NCBI GenBank assembly: GCA_017394835.1
Contig: JAFPXD010000029.1
Location: 25,281 to 89,280 of the forward strand
Direction of reading: 5' to 3'
Source of the DNA: Clostridia bacterium
Lineage (GTDB): Bacteria; Bacillota; Clostridia; Christensenellales; CAG-138
Length of the DNA stretch: 64,000 bases
Numbering within the stretch: the stretch's first letter is position 1; each line of letters opens with the position of its first letter. Shown one piece after another: positions 10,240-20,075 of this stretch. A model generated the notes under the pieces. It ran no database searches and was not told the DNA's origin. It saw nothing but the letters and a program-made list of their open reading frames with translations. The translations under genes and the position numbers were made by a program.

Positions 10240-11406
10240 ATGAATAAAAGACGTGCTCCGGGGCCTCTTCCGCGCCTTATCGCGGCGGCGGTCTGCCTGC
10301 TTTCGGCGTTCGCCGCGGGCGGGTGCTTGAAGCCCGTTTCGCTTGACGTATGCGGCTACGTTTCCGCGATAGCCGTGGATGAGGGGCGGGACGGCGAATA
10401 CTATTTCACACTCGCGCTGCAAAGGGAGCTTGCGGAGCAGAACATAGAGAGCGAGGGCGGCGCGATACTCCTTGCGGACAGCGGCGAAGACCTTTTCGAG
10501 GCCGTCACGCGGATGCAGGGCAGCGTACCCTACACGATCAATTTTACGAGGGCAAATTTCATAGTAGTGAGCCGGGAGCTTGCGGAGAGGGGCCTTCTTT
10601 CGGAGCTTGCCCGTTTGGATCATGACAGGCTCCACATCCGTACATCCGCCGCCGTGATGATCACGCAATGCCGCGCCTATGAGTTTCTGGGCGCCATGTA
10701 CAGCAATAACGATGCGGATATAAACAAGCTCCAATCCGCCCTCACTCTGGACGGCAGGCGCACGGGCATGGTGCGGCTCATGCCGCTTTCGAGGCTCATC
10801 GAGGCGGAGCGCGCGGGGACTTCCGATTTCTGCACGGCGCTGGGCTCGCGCGATCCCGAAATAGTGACCGATATGGAGCAGAAGCGCGCGGAGGCGGAGG
10901 GGAAGGATCCCGCCGAAAACGTGAGCCCCGGCGAGAGAGTGGGCGGACTGAAGGCGTTTATGACGGGGACGGCGCTGTTTTCGGGCGCCCGCATGACGGG
11001 CGTTCTTTCGCGGGATGAGACCCTTTTTCTTAACCTTATGATGGGCAGGCTCGAGAGCGGCTTCATATCTGCCGATACTCCCAAGGGGCGGATGACGGCG
11101 GCGCTCACGAATTCATCGAGCAGGCTCGCAGTCCGAAAAAACGGGGAAGGGCTCCTTATCGTTCTAACCGTACGCGTACTTGCGGAGCCGCTTTCAAGGC
11201 CGGCGGAGCTTTCCCGAAAGGAGGCGGAGGAGTTCCTTCAAAACGAGCTCCCCGCAATGCTCGCCGAGCGCGTGGACGCCGTTTTCGCAAAGCTCCGGGC
11301 GGCGGGCTGCGATCCCCTTTGCGCTGCGGCGAAGGCGGGAGCGGGCGGCCGGGAATACGCGCTTTCGGAGCTTCGCGTCACGGTGACGGTCAAGCCGGCG
11401 GCATGA
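10240..11406 (+). CDS. Ger(x)C family spore germination lipoprotein
   Basis: 388 aa with a signal peptide and lipobox (LLSAFAAGGC). The size and position match the C subunit of a gerA operon. Confidence 0.8.
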   Translation: MNKRRAPGPLPRLIAAAVCLLSAFAAGGCLKPVSLDVCGYVSAIAVDEGRDGEYYFTLALQRELAEQNIESEGGAILLADSGEDLFEAVTRMQGSVPYTINFTRANFIVVSRELAERGLLSELARLDHDRLHIRTSAAVMITQCRAYEFLGAMYSNNDADINKLQSALTLDGRRTGMVRLMPLSRLIEAERAGTSDFCTALGSRDPEIVTDMEQKRAEAEGKDPAENVSPGERVGGLKAFMTGTALFSGARMTGVLSRDETLFLNLMMGRLESGFISADTPKGRMTAALTNSSSRLAVRKNGEGLLIVLTVRVLAEPLSRPAELSRKEAEEFLQNELPAMLAERVDAVFAKLRAAGCDPLCAAAKAGAGGREYALSELRVTVTVKPAA

Positions 11407-11471
11407 CCGGCAAAAAGCCCCTTTTGATACGGCGCATCCGCAAAAAAACTATTTTATATTTTCCTGTGCTA

Positions 11472-11500
11472 TTGAAAAAAACCTCGAATTGGTATATGAT
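11472..11500 (+). promoter_or_regulatory. sigma-A-type promoter upstream of mscL (TTGAAA-17-TATGAT)
   Basis: TTGAAA lies at 11472-11477 and TATGAT at 11495-11500, with a 17-nt spacer, about 30 nt upstream of the mscL ATG. Confidence 0.55.
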
Positions 11501-11530
11501 ATTATCAACCAATTTATGGAGGTGAAAATT

Positions 11531-11983
11531 ATGTGGAAAGAATTTAAAAAGTTCGCGTTGAAGGGCAACGTCATGGATATGGCCATCGGCGTTATCATCG
11601 GCGGCGCCTTCGGCAAGATCGTATCGTCCCTCGTTGACGATATTTTCATGCCCCTCATAGGCCTGCTGTTCAAGACCGATTCCCTTACCAATAAGTACGT
11701 CGTATTAAACGGCGTTGAGGTCGCGAAGGGCGCAACCCCCGAGCAGGCCCTCGAAGCCGGCGCCAACATCTTAAGGTGGGGCAATCTCGTAAGCATCATT
11801 ATCAACTTCATAATGATCGCCGTCATACTCTTCTTCGTGGTCAAGGGCATCAACAAGCTCAAGGATCTCGGCAAGAAGGAAGAAGAGGCCAAGCCCGCCC
11901 GCAAGTGCCCCTACTGCAAGGGCGAGATCGCGGACGACGCCACCAGGTGCCCCCACTGCACCAGCGAGCTTCCTCTCGAATAA
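11531..11983 (+). CDS. mscL: large-conductance mechanosensitive channel MscL with a C-terminal Cys4 zinc-ribbon tail
   Basis: The start is re-picked at MWKEFKKFALKGNVMDMAIGVIIGGAFGKIV (RBS GGAGGTG 6 nt upstream). Two TM helices are present. The tail reads KCPYCKGEIADDATRCPHCTS. Confidence 0.9.
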   Translation: MWKEFKKFALKGNVMDMAIGVIIGGAFGKIVSSLVDDIFMPLIGLLFKTDSLTNKYVVLNGVEVAKGATPEQALEAGANILRWGNLVSIIINFIMIAVILFFVVKGINKLKDLGKKEEEAKPARKCPYCKGEIADDATRCPHCTSELPLE

Positions 11984-11999
11984 CGGATTTACGAACCCC

Positions 12000-12028
12000 G
12001 CTCCCGCATGGCCGCGCCCTGCGGGAGC
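12000..12028 (+). terminator. stem-loop after mscL (GCTCCCGCA / TGCGGGAGC), with no clear U-tract
   Basis: A 9-bp perfect stem with an 11-nt loop sits 17 nt after the mscL stop. It is followed by ATAACATG rather than a T-run. Confidence 0.4.
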
Positions 12029-12124
12029 ATAACATGAAAAAACAATTCAGTTTATAAAGGAGACCGAATCAAAATGGCAAAGATCCAAATGAAGACCCCC
12101 CTTGTTGAGATGGACGGCGACTAA

Positions 12125-13288
12125 ATGACCCGCATCATCTGGGCCATGCTCAAAGAGCACCTCATCCTCCCCTACGTTGACCTCAAGACCGAATATTACG
12201 ATCTCGGCCTCGTCAAGAGGGATGAGACGGACGATCAGATCACCGTTGACGCGGCCAACGCCTGCAAGAAGTACGGCGTGGGCGTCAAGTGCGCGACCAT
12301 CACCCCCAACGCCCAGCGCATGACGGAGTACAACCTCAAGAGAATGTACAAGTCCCCCAACGGCACCATCCGCGCCATTCTGGACGGCACCGTGTTCCGC
12401 GCTCCCATCACCATGGATTGCCTCAAGCCCAGCGTCAGGAGCTGGAATAAGCCCATCACCATCGCCCGTCACGCTTACGGCGATATCTATAAGGATACCG
12501 AGTTCCGCGTACCCGGCCCCGGCAAGGCGGAGATCAAGTTCACCGATGCCGAAGGCAACGTACTCTGCGACGAGACCGTGTTCGATTTCAAGTGCCCCGG
12601 CGTCTTCATGGGCATGTACAACAAGGATGACTCCATTGAAAGCTTTGCCCGCGCCTGCTTCAATTACGCCATAGCCACCAAGCAGGATCTCTGGTTCTCC
12701 ACCAAGGATACGATCTCCAAGAAGTACGATCATACCTTCAAGGATATCTTCCAGAGGATCTACGACGAGGAGTACAAGCCCCGCTTCGAGGAGCTCGGCA
12801 TCACCTACTTCTACACCCTGATCGACGACGCCGTGGCCCGCGTTATCCGTTCCAACGGCGGCTTCATCTGGGCTCTCAAGAATTACGACGGCGACGTTAT
12901 GAGCGATATGGTCGCGACCGCGTTCGGCTCCCTCGCTATGATGACCTCCGTGCTCGTCTCCCCGGACGGCAACTATGAGTATGAGGCCGCGCATGGCACC
13001 GTAACGAAGCATTATTACAAGCATCAGGCGGGCGAGACCACCTCCACCAACTCCATGGCGACCATTTTCGCCTGGAGCGGCGCCCTCAGGAAGAGGGGCG
13101 AGCTTGACGAGCTGCCTGAGCTTATGCACTTTGCCGATATGCTCGAGAAGGCTTCCCTCGATACCATCGCCTCCGGCTATATGACGAAGGATCTGGCGCT
13201 CCTCGCCGATATGGAGGAAAAGCACGTTGAGACCACCGAGGGCTTCATCCTCAAGATCAAGGAAAACCTCGACAAGCTCCTTGCGTAA
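12125..13288 (+). CDS. icd: NADP-dependent isocitrate dehydrogenase (IDH1/eukaryote-like family). The open frame begins just after an in-frame TAA that cuts off the first 16 codons.
   Basis: [28 protein letters not shown]...KCATITPN...NYDGDVMSD...[12 protein letters not shown] closely parallels IDH1-type enzymes. The SD AAGGAG (12057-12062) and an ATG at 12074 are in the same frame and encode MAKIQMKTPLVEMDGD, followed by TAA at 12122-12124. Confidence 0.9.
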   Translation: MTRIIWAMLKEHLILPYVDLKTEYYDLGLVKRDETDDQITVDAANACKKYGVGVKCATITPNAQRMTEYNLKRMYKSPNGTIRAILDGTVFRAPITMDCLKPSVRSWNKPITIARHAYGDIYKDTEFRVPGPGKAEIKFTDAEGNVLCDETVFDFKCPGVFMGMYNKDDSIESFARACFNYAIATKQDLWFSTKDTISKKYDHTFKDIFQRIYDEEYKPRFEELGITYFYTLIDDAVARVIRSNGGFIWALKNYDGDVMSDMVATAFGSLAMMTSVLVSPDGNYEYEAAHGTVTKHYYKHQAGETTSTNSMATIFAWSGALRKRGELDELPELMHFADMLEKASLDTIASGYMTKDLALLADMEEKHVETTEGFILKIKENLDKLLA

Positions 13289-13306
13289 TAGGTTCGAATA
13301 CACCCG

Positions 13307-13342
13307 TTTCGCCCCGCACGCAAAACTGCGGGGCGAAATTAT
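13307..13342 (+). terminator. probable intrinsic terminator after icd
   Basis: The stem TTTCGCCCCGCA / TGCGGGGCGAAA has an 8-nt loop. The trailing T-tract is weak (TTAT). Confidence 0.5.
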
Positions 13343-13362
13343 GAAAGCATTAAGGAGTAACT

Positions 13363-13872
<510 letters not shown>

Positions 13873-13884
13873 TCTTGTGACATA

Positions 13885-13918
13885 AAGGATCCCTTACTTG
13901 ATGAGGGATCCTTTTTTA
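13885..13918 (+). terminator. intrinsic terminator after the SEC-C gene
   Basis: A 10-bp stem (AAGGATCCCT / AGGGATCCTT) is followed by TTTTTT. Confidence 0.85.
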
Positions 13919-13927
13919 GCAAATGCT

Positions 13928-14404
13928 ATGGACTATATCAGATCTATACGCTCCAAGCTGGGGCGTCAAAAGATAATACTGAACTGCGCGGGAGCGATAA
14001 TCGAAAGGGATGGAGAGATCCTGTTTCAAAGGCGGAGCGACAACGGGAAATGGGGGCTTATAGGCGGGCTTCTGGAGCTTGACGAGACCTATGAGCAGGC
14101 CGCGCTTCGCGAGGTGCGCGAGGAAACCGGCCTTGAGGTCAGCCTTGATGGCTTTTTGGGCATTTACCATAATCATAATATGGTTTGGTCGAACGGAGAC
14201 GCCGCCCACGTAATAGGCGTTTATTTCAAAGCGAGCATTATCGGAGGCAAGCTTCGCGCAGACGAGGAATCGCTTGAGCTGAAGTTCTTTTCAAAGGAAG
14301 AAATACCGGAGCTGTTTGCGGAAGATCATCGTGCCGTCGTACATGACTATTTAGAGGGAAAAACGCTGAACGTAAAGCTTGCGGAAAACAAATGCTCCCT
14401 CTGA
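13928..14404 (+). CDS. NUDIX hydrolase
   Basis: A Nudix box-like sequence is present: GGLLELDETYEQAALREVREETGL. The start is re-picked at MDYIRS because the track start at 13898 lies inside the upstream terminator hairpin. Confidence 0.8.
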   Translation: MDYIRSIRSKLGRQKIILNCAGAIIERDGEILFQRRSDNGKWGLIGGLLELDETYEQAALREVREETGLEVSLDGFLGIYHNHNMVWSNGDAAHVIGVYFKASIIGGKLRADEESLELKFFSKEEIPELFAEDHRAVVHDYLEGKTLNVKLAENKCSL

Positions 14405-14424
14405 AAACACGGTGCGAAACGGGT

Positions 14425-15807
14425 CTATTGCACCAGCCTGTGCTTTTCCCAATGGCTGAATTTGAAATAGAGGAGCGTTGCCGTGCTGCATAAGAGCCAG
14501 CCCGCGGGATAGCCGAAGACTATCGCCGTCATTGAGTTGCCAAAGTAATTCGCGACGAGATAGAGATAGATCTGCCTGAACACCACGAAGGAGCCCACCA
14601 TTATGAACATCGGAGCCTTGCTGTCGCCCGCGCCGCGCAGCGCCCCCGCATATATCTGGTTGATGCAGCAGAAAACGTAAAAGGGCGACATCAGCCGCAG
14701 AAAATGAGCTCCGTTTTTCACTATTTCGGGATTGTCGTTGAAGAAGGTCACGAGCGGCTCTGCGAATATGAGCACGGGTATCATCAGTATTATCATGCTG
14801 CCGATGGATAAAAGCATCGCCGTCCGCACGCCCTTTTTTGCGCGATCGACCTGATTCACGCCGAGGTTCTGCCCGACGAAGGTGGTCGAAGCGAGCGATA
14901 TGGACTGCATGGGCAGGAGCAGGAACTGATCTATCTTCGAGTAGGCCGTCCAGCCGCCCATGCACGCGTCGCCGAAATGATTGATATAGCTCTGCACGAA
15001 TATGTTTGAGAACGAGGTTATCGCCATCTGCAGCGCCGCCGGGACGCCGACCTTAAGGATCTTCCCGAGCATATCCCAATGTATGCGGAGCTTTTTTATA
15101 TGCAGACGAACGCAGTTGTCCATTCGAAGCAGCGTGATGATTATAAGGCATGCGGAGAGCGTCTGCGCAAGCACCGTCGCGAGGGCGACGCCTCTTACGC
15201 CCATTTTGAACACGAGCACGAACAGGAGATCGAGCGCCGTATTGGTCAGCGCGGAAACGGCAAGGAAGTAGAAGGGGCGGAGCGAATCGCCCACGGCGCG
15301 GAGTATTCCCGAGCCCATGTTGTACATCATGAGGGAGATCATGCCCGAAAAATAGATGGTGAGGTAAGCCGTCGCCTCGCTGTGGATCTCGGCTGTGGGC
15401 ATGTTCATTATCTTCAGCATAGTCGGCGTCATGAGTATGCCGACCGCGGTGAACAGGACTCCGAGCAGGAGCGTTACTGTGATCGCCGTGTGGACGGTGT
15501 CCTGCACCCTATCCTCCCGCTTTGCGCCGTAATACTGGCTTATAACAACGCCGGCGCCCGCCGAAAGCCCCATGAAAAAGCCTATGAGCAGATTGATTAT
15601 AGGGCCGACGTTGCCCACCGCGGAGAAGGCGGAATCGCCCACGTAATTGCCGACGACCCACGTATCAACGGTATTGTAAAGCTGCTGGAGCAGATTTCCC
15701 AGCATAAGAGGGATGGCGAACTCAATGAGCAGAGGGACGATCCGCCCCTGCGTCATATCCACGTCGCGCTTTGAAAAGAAGGCCGATAGCTTTTTTACAA
15801 AACTCAA
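14425..15807 (-). CDS. MATE family efflux transporter
   Basis: 460 aa with 12 predicted TM segments and the typical N-terminus IVPLLIEFAIPLMLGNLLQQLYNTVDTWVVG. Confidence 0.88.
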   Translation of the reverse strand: MSFVKKLSAFFSKRDVDMTQGRIVPLLIEFAIPLMLGNLLQQLYNTVDTWVVGNYVGDSAFSAVGNVGPIINLLIGFFMGLSAGAGVVISQYYGAKREDRVQDTVHTAITVTLLLGVLFTAVGILMTPTMLKIMNMPTAEIHSEATAYLTIYFSGMISLMMYNMGSGILRAVGDSLRPFYFLAVSALTNTALDLLFVLVFKMGVRGVALATVLAQTLSACLIIITLLRMDNCVRLHIKKLRIHWDMLGKILKVGVPAALQMAITSFSNIFVQSYINHFGDACMGGWTAYSKIDQFLLLPMQSISLASTTFVGQNLGVNQVDRAKKGVRTAMLLSIGSMIILMIPVLIFAEPLVTFFNDNPEIVKNGAHFLRLMSPFYVFCCINQIYAGALRGAGDSKAPMFIMVGSFVVFRQIYLYLVANYFGNSMTAIVFGYPAGWLLCSTATLLYFKFSHWEKHRLVQ

Positions 15808-15843
15808 GATGCAATACCGTTCCGTTTCGACATATTTGTCTAT

Positions 15844-15871
15844 ATTATAACGCTGTTATAAATATATTCAA
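15844..15871 (-). promoter_or_regulatory. sigma-A-type promoter for the MATE gene (TTGAAT-16-TATAAT on the minus strand)
   Basis: The reverse complement reads TTGAAT (15866-15871), a 16-nt spacer, then TATAAT (15844-15849). Confidence 0.6.
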
Positions 15872-15876
15872 GCACT

Positions 15877-15902
15877 AAAAAAGCGGCCCCACAAGGGGCC
15901 GC
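15877..15902 (-). terminator. intrinsic terminator after the tandem lipoprotein genes
   Basis: GCGGCCCC-ACAA-GGGGCCGC forms an 8-bp GC stem. On the minus strand it is followed by TTTTTT. Confidence 0.85.
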
Positions 15903-15918
15903 GGAAGTTTGCGGTTTA

Positions 15919-16887
15919 TCAGTCGGCGTAGGGGATCTGACCGTATTCGTCCTGATCGATCCCGTTTATGAGATAGCCCCACTCGTCTTCGCCGGTCCTG
16001 GGAGCAAGCTCGGCCAAGCCGTAGCGATCGCCTTCGAACCTGACTATGACGTAGGTCGCAAGATCGGTGCAGAAGGGATAAATATCGGCGCCGACGGGGA
16101 TCGTATAGGTCTCGCCGGTCTCGGTGAAATCATAGGGCTCGCCCGTGAGGAGCTTTACCTCGAGCTCCCTTTCAAGGGTGAGGCGGGGCTCAATATCGGG
16201 ATCCTCGTAAATGGGGAAGAGATACAGATCGTCGGTCGATTTGAAGCCTTCGGCGGTGAGAGTATAGTAAACGTCCAGATCGTAGGTGCCGAGCACGTCC
16301 GCGCGGCAGAATACGCGGAAGCCCTTCTCGCTGTGGAAATCATAGTCCGCGGGAAGGATGAAGCCGAAGCCGCCTTCGTAAGTGACGACGCCGCTGCCGA
16401 GCTCGCTGATGCGGAAGCCCATGGCGGACCAATCGTCGCTTTCCTGACACCAGCAGGCGACTATGTCGAGCCTCGAATCGGTTTCATCACAGTCGAGCAC
16501 TATGAGCCTCGTAATGTAGGCGCGGTCGATCGCAAAGCTCGATTCGGAGCCGTCGCCCTCTATGATGGTCACGGTGCTGTCATACTCGTCGTATTCGTTG
16601 GGCTCGCCTGCAGAGAAGGAGACGGTATCGGGATCGCCGTCAAAATCGAGATCCACGGTCAAAGAGGAGTTCGGCTCGACAAGCGCATAGAAATCCTTTA
16701 TGCCGGTCACGGGCGCTTCGGTGGGCTCCTCCGTGGGCGCTTCGGTGGGTTCATCGGTGGGCTCTTCGGTGGGCTCAGCGCTTGACGGCGCGTCGGTGGG
16801 GCCGGAAGCGGGGCCGGCGGGCTTTAAGCACCCGGCAAGGCCGAGCGTAAGCATGAGAGCGAGCAAAAGTGCGAAAAATCTTTTCAT
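15919..16887 (-). CDS. lipoprotein of unknown function with a Pro/Thr/Glu-rich linker (paralog 1)
   Basis: The signal peptide and lipobox read MKRFFALLLALMLTLGLAGC, followed by an EPTEEPTDEPTEAPTEEPTEAP linker. It shares the motifs DLDFDGDPD, LDCDETDSR, DDW and DEWGYLING with the upstream gene. Confidence 0.75.
   Translation of the reverse strand: MKRFFALLLALMLTLGLAGCLKPAGPASGPTDAPSSAEPTEEPTDEPTEAPTEEPTEAPVTGIKDFYALVEPNSSLTVDLDFDGDPDTVSFSAGEPNEYDEYDSTVTIIEGDGSESSFAIDRAYITRLIVLDCDETDSRLDIVACWCQESDDWSAMGFRISELGSGVVTYEGGFGFILPADYDFHSEKGFRVFCRADVLGTYDLDVYYTLTAEGFKSTDDLYLFPIYEDPDIEPRLTLERELEVKLLTGEPYDFTETGETYTIPVGADIYPFCTDLATYVIVRFEGDRYGLAELAPRTGEDEWGYLINGIDQDEYGQIPYAD
16711..16776 (-). repeat. 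coding low-complexity repeat (the (E/A)PTE units of the paralog 1 linker)
   Basis: Reiterated TTCGGTGGGCTC-like 12-nt units are visible on the plus strand. Confidence 0.7.
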
Positions 16888-16942
16888 GTATAATTCCTCC
16901 TGTTATGCTGCGGCGCACGCCGCAGAATTTTTTTTATGAGTA

Positions 16943-17917
16943 TCAGAAATGAGAATAGGGCAGATACGCTATGGTATCCTGACCTTTCCCGTTCAGGAAA
17001 ACGCCCCATTCATCGGGGCCTTCCTTGATCTCAACGGTCATGCGGCCCGTGCTGCCGTCGGGCAGGAGCACCGTGACCCAGCTTTCCCCGTCGGTGGAGA
17101 GGGGTGTAAGCTTCTTGCCGGACTTCACGGAAACGGTATCGCCCAAGGAGCCGTCATCGTTCACGAGCTGCACCTTTATCCTCTGCTTGAGTATGAATGA
17201 GGCGTTGTCGATATAATCCCAGCCCTCGGTCAGAAGGCGGAAGCCGTCGTCGTCCAGCGTTGCGCGGGCGGAAAGCTTCCTCGGGCCCCAAATGGTGGTT
17301 TTGTTCAATACGGCCAGGCCGCCTTCGGAGGTGAAGCTGTCCTCCAAAGCCATGCTCACGCCGAAAGCCTCGTCGTAATACTTAAATGCGGACTTGTAAG
17401 GATCGAGGCGCAGGCCGCTGGTCGCCCAATCATCGGTGATGTACCTTGAGGTGACGATGACCTCGGCGCGGCCGTCGGTGGGATCGCAGTCAACTATCCA
17501 GGCGTATATCTCGTCGCAGACGGAAAGGTCCAGGTCGTACTGCGCGCCCGCGGCGGTGCGGACTATGAGCTCATACGAGGGGGCGTCGCAGCCCTCGACG
17601 GCGCGGGAGAAAAACTCGAAAATATCGGGTCTTCCGTCAAAGTCTATATCGGCTTGGGTCGTGCCCTTCGTATCGAGGGGGATGCAGAGATCCGCCTCGC
17701 CCGGGATGGGCGTGGGCGTGGGAGTGGGCTCCGCGGTGGGCTCGGGAGTGGGCTCCGCGGTGGGCGCTTCCGTAGGCTCCCCGGTGGGCGCTTCGGTGGG
17801 CGCTGCCGCTTCCGCTGTGGGAGCGGGGGTCGCTTCAGCGGGAGTTTTGCCGTTCGCGCAGCCGAACAGCATCAGTGCGGCAAGCAAAATCGAAGCCGCG
17901 ATAAGTATTCTTTTCAT
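16943..17917 (-). CDS. lipoprotein of unknown function with a Pro/Thr/Ala-rich linker (paralog 2)
   Basis: The signal peptide and lipobox read MKRILIAASILLAALMLFGC, followed by a long PTAEPTPEPTAEPTPTPTP linker. The motifs DIDFDGRPD, VDCDPTDGR, DDW and DEWGVFLNG are in the same order as in paralog 1. Confidence 0.75.
   Translation of the reverse strand: MKRILIAASILLAALMLFGCANGKTPAEATPAPTAEAAAPTEAPTGEPTEAPTAEPTPEPTAEPTPTPTPIPGEADLCIPLDTKGTTQADIDFDGRPDIFEFFSRAVEGCDAPSYELIVRTAAGAQYDLDLSVCDEIYAWIVDCDPTDGRAEVIVTSRYITDDWATSGLRLDPYKSAFKYYDEAFGVSMALEDSFTSEGGLAVLNKTTIWGPRKLSARATLDDDGFRLLTEGWDYIDNASFILKQRIKVQLVNDDGSLGDTVSVKSGKKLTPLSTDGESWVTVLLPDGSTGRMTVEIKEGPDEWGVFLNGKGQDTIAYLPYSHF
17721..17765 (-). 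repeat. perfect 21-nt direct repeat with 24-nt period inside the paralog 2 linker
   Basis: GGAGTGGGCTCCGCGGTGGGC occurs at 17721-17741 and again at 17745-17765. It encodes PTAEPTPE units. Confidence 0.85.
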
Positions 17918-18033
17918 TTGATCTTCCGCTTTCGGCGTGCTAAGCGCGAAGCGTTTCCGTAAGGGGCCCGCCTCGTGCTTTTGCTTTCTGTTATATAACG
18001 CACTGGGGTGCGTTTTGGTTCCCTGTTTTGGGC

Positions 18034-18693
18034 TTATCCGAGCAGCTTTACGCCGTTCGACGTGCCGAGCCTCGACGCGCCCGCGGCGATCATCTTCGCG
18101 GCATCCTCGGGAGTGCGCACGCCGCCCGAAGCCTTGACCCCCAGCTTATCGCCCACGACGGAGCGCATGAGCGCAACGTCCTCGGGAGTGGCGCCGCCCG
18201 TCGAGAAACCGGTCGAGGTCTTGACGTAATCGGCGCCCGCGCGCATCGCGCATTCGCAGGCCTTTGCCTTTTCTTCGTCGGTCAAAAGGCAGGTCTCGAT
18301 AATGACCTTAACGAGCGCCGCCTTTTCGGGGTGCCCCTCGTGCGCGGCGTTCACAACGGCGCGTATGTCCTTTTCGACGAAGTCCCAGTCGCCGTCCTTC
18401 GCCGCGCCTATATTTATGACCATATCGACCTCATCCGCGCCCTTGCCGACGCTGACGAGCGCCTCGAAAGCCTTTGCCTCGGTCGCCATAGCGCCGAGAG
18501 GGAAGCCGACCACGCAGCAGGTCTTTACGCCGCTGCCGCGAAGCTCCTCGGAAACGAACGCTGCGTGACAGGAATTGACGCAGACGCTCATAAAGCCGTG
18601 CTCGCGGGCTTCCGCGCAGATACGCTTTATGGCTTCCTTGGAAGCGTCGGCCTTGAGCAGGGTGTGGTCGATGAGTTTTTCAATGTGTTCCAT
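18034..18693 (-). CDS. deoC: deoxyribose-phosphate aldolase
   Basis: 219 aa. IDHTLLK, VCV, the Schiff-base lysine context YVKTSTGF and ASGGVRT are all present. Confidence 0.92.
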   Translation of the reverse strand: MEHIEKLIDHTLLKADASKEAIKRICAEAREHGFMSVCVNSCHAAFVSEELRGSGVKTCCVVGFPLGAMATEAKAFEALVSVGKGADEVDMVINIGAAKDGDWDFVEKDIRAVVNAAHEGHPEKAALVKVIIETCLLTDEEKAKACECAMRAGADYVKTSTGFSTGGATPEDVALMRSVVGDKLGVKASGGVRTPEDAAKMIAAGASRLGTSNGVKLLG

Positions 18694-18749
18694 AATTGCC
18701 TCCCTGTGTTTTTTTGTATTGGATGTGTTTTTGCTTGATGCGGAGCCCT

Positions 18750-19874
<1,125 letters not shown>

Positions 19875-20075
19875 TTATTCCGCCTCTGCGGATATGAAGC
19901 GGAAGCCCAGCGCCTCTATCGCGGACCTGATCGCTTCGGGCGCGCCCTCATAGGCGACGGTAAAATCGTTGAGCTCCATGCGCTTGACTTCCGCGCCGAG
20001 CGCCTCCATTGCCTTTGTGACTTTCGCCATGCAGCGGGGGCAGCCCATGCCCTCTGTCTTTACGTTGTAGGTCAT
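19875..20075 (-). CDS. heavy-metal-associated (HMA) domain protein, CopZ-like
   Basis: 66 aa, MTYNVKTEGMGCPRCMAKVTKAMEALGAEV..., with a GMxCxxC metal-binding loop. Its stop codon abuts the mnmA ATG. The start is chosen by RBS spacing, and 20087 is an alternative. Confidence 0.7.
   Translation of the reverse strand: MTYNVKTEGMGCPRCMAKVTKAMEALGAEVKRMELNDFTVAYEGAPEAIRSAIEALGFRFISAEAE

Noticed and set aside
13288-13300. GGTTCGAATAC, which resembles a tRNA T-arm (GGTTCGAATCC).
   Set aside because: No acceptor, D or anticodon stems can be built around it. It sits in the icd stop and terminator region.
12047-13303. A 418-aa ORF antisense to icd. Similar very long antisense ORFs are 30520-32001, 33626-34882, 36708-37889, 38341-40308, 51819-53348, 59775-61049, 61502-62791 and 62622-63722.
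   Set aside because: Each lies exactly opposite a confidently identified housekeeping gene. Their translations are low-complexity (rich in Ala, Gly, Arg, Leu and Val) with no motifs or RBS. Stop-free antisense frames are expected in GC-rich DNA with GC-biased third positions.
16700-17842. Short tandem repeats that could have been a CRISPR-like or satellite array.
   Set aside because: The repeats are in frame inside the two lipoprotein genes and encode PT-rich linkers. There is no repeat-spacer organisation and no cas genes.
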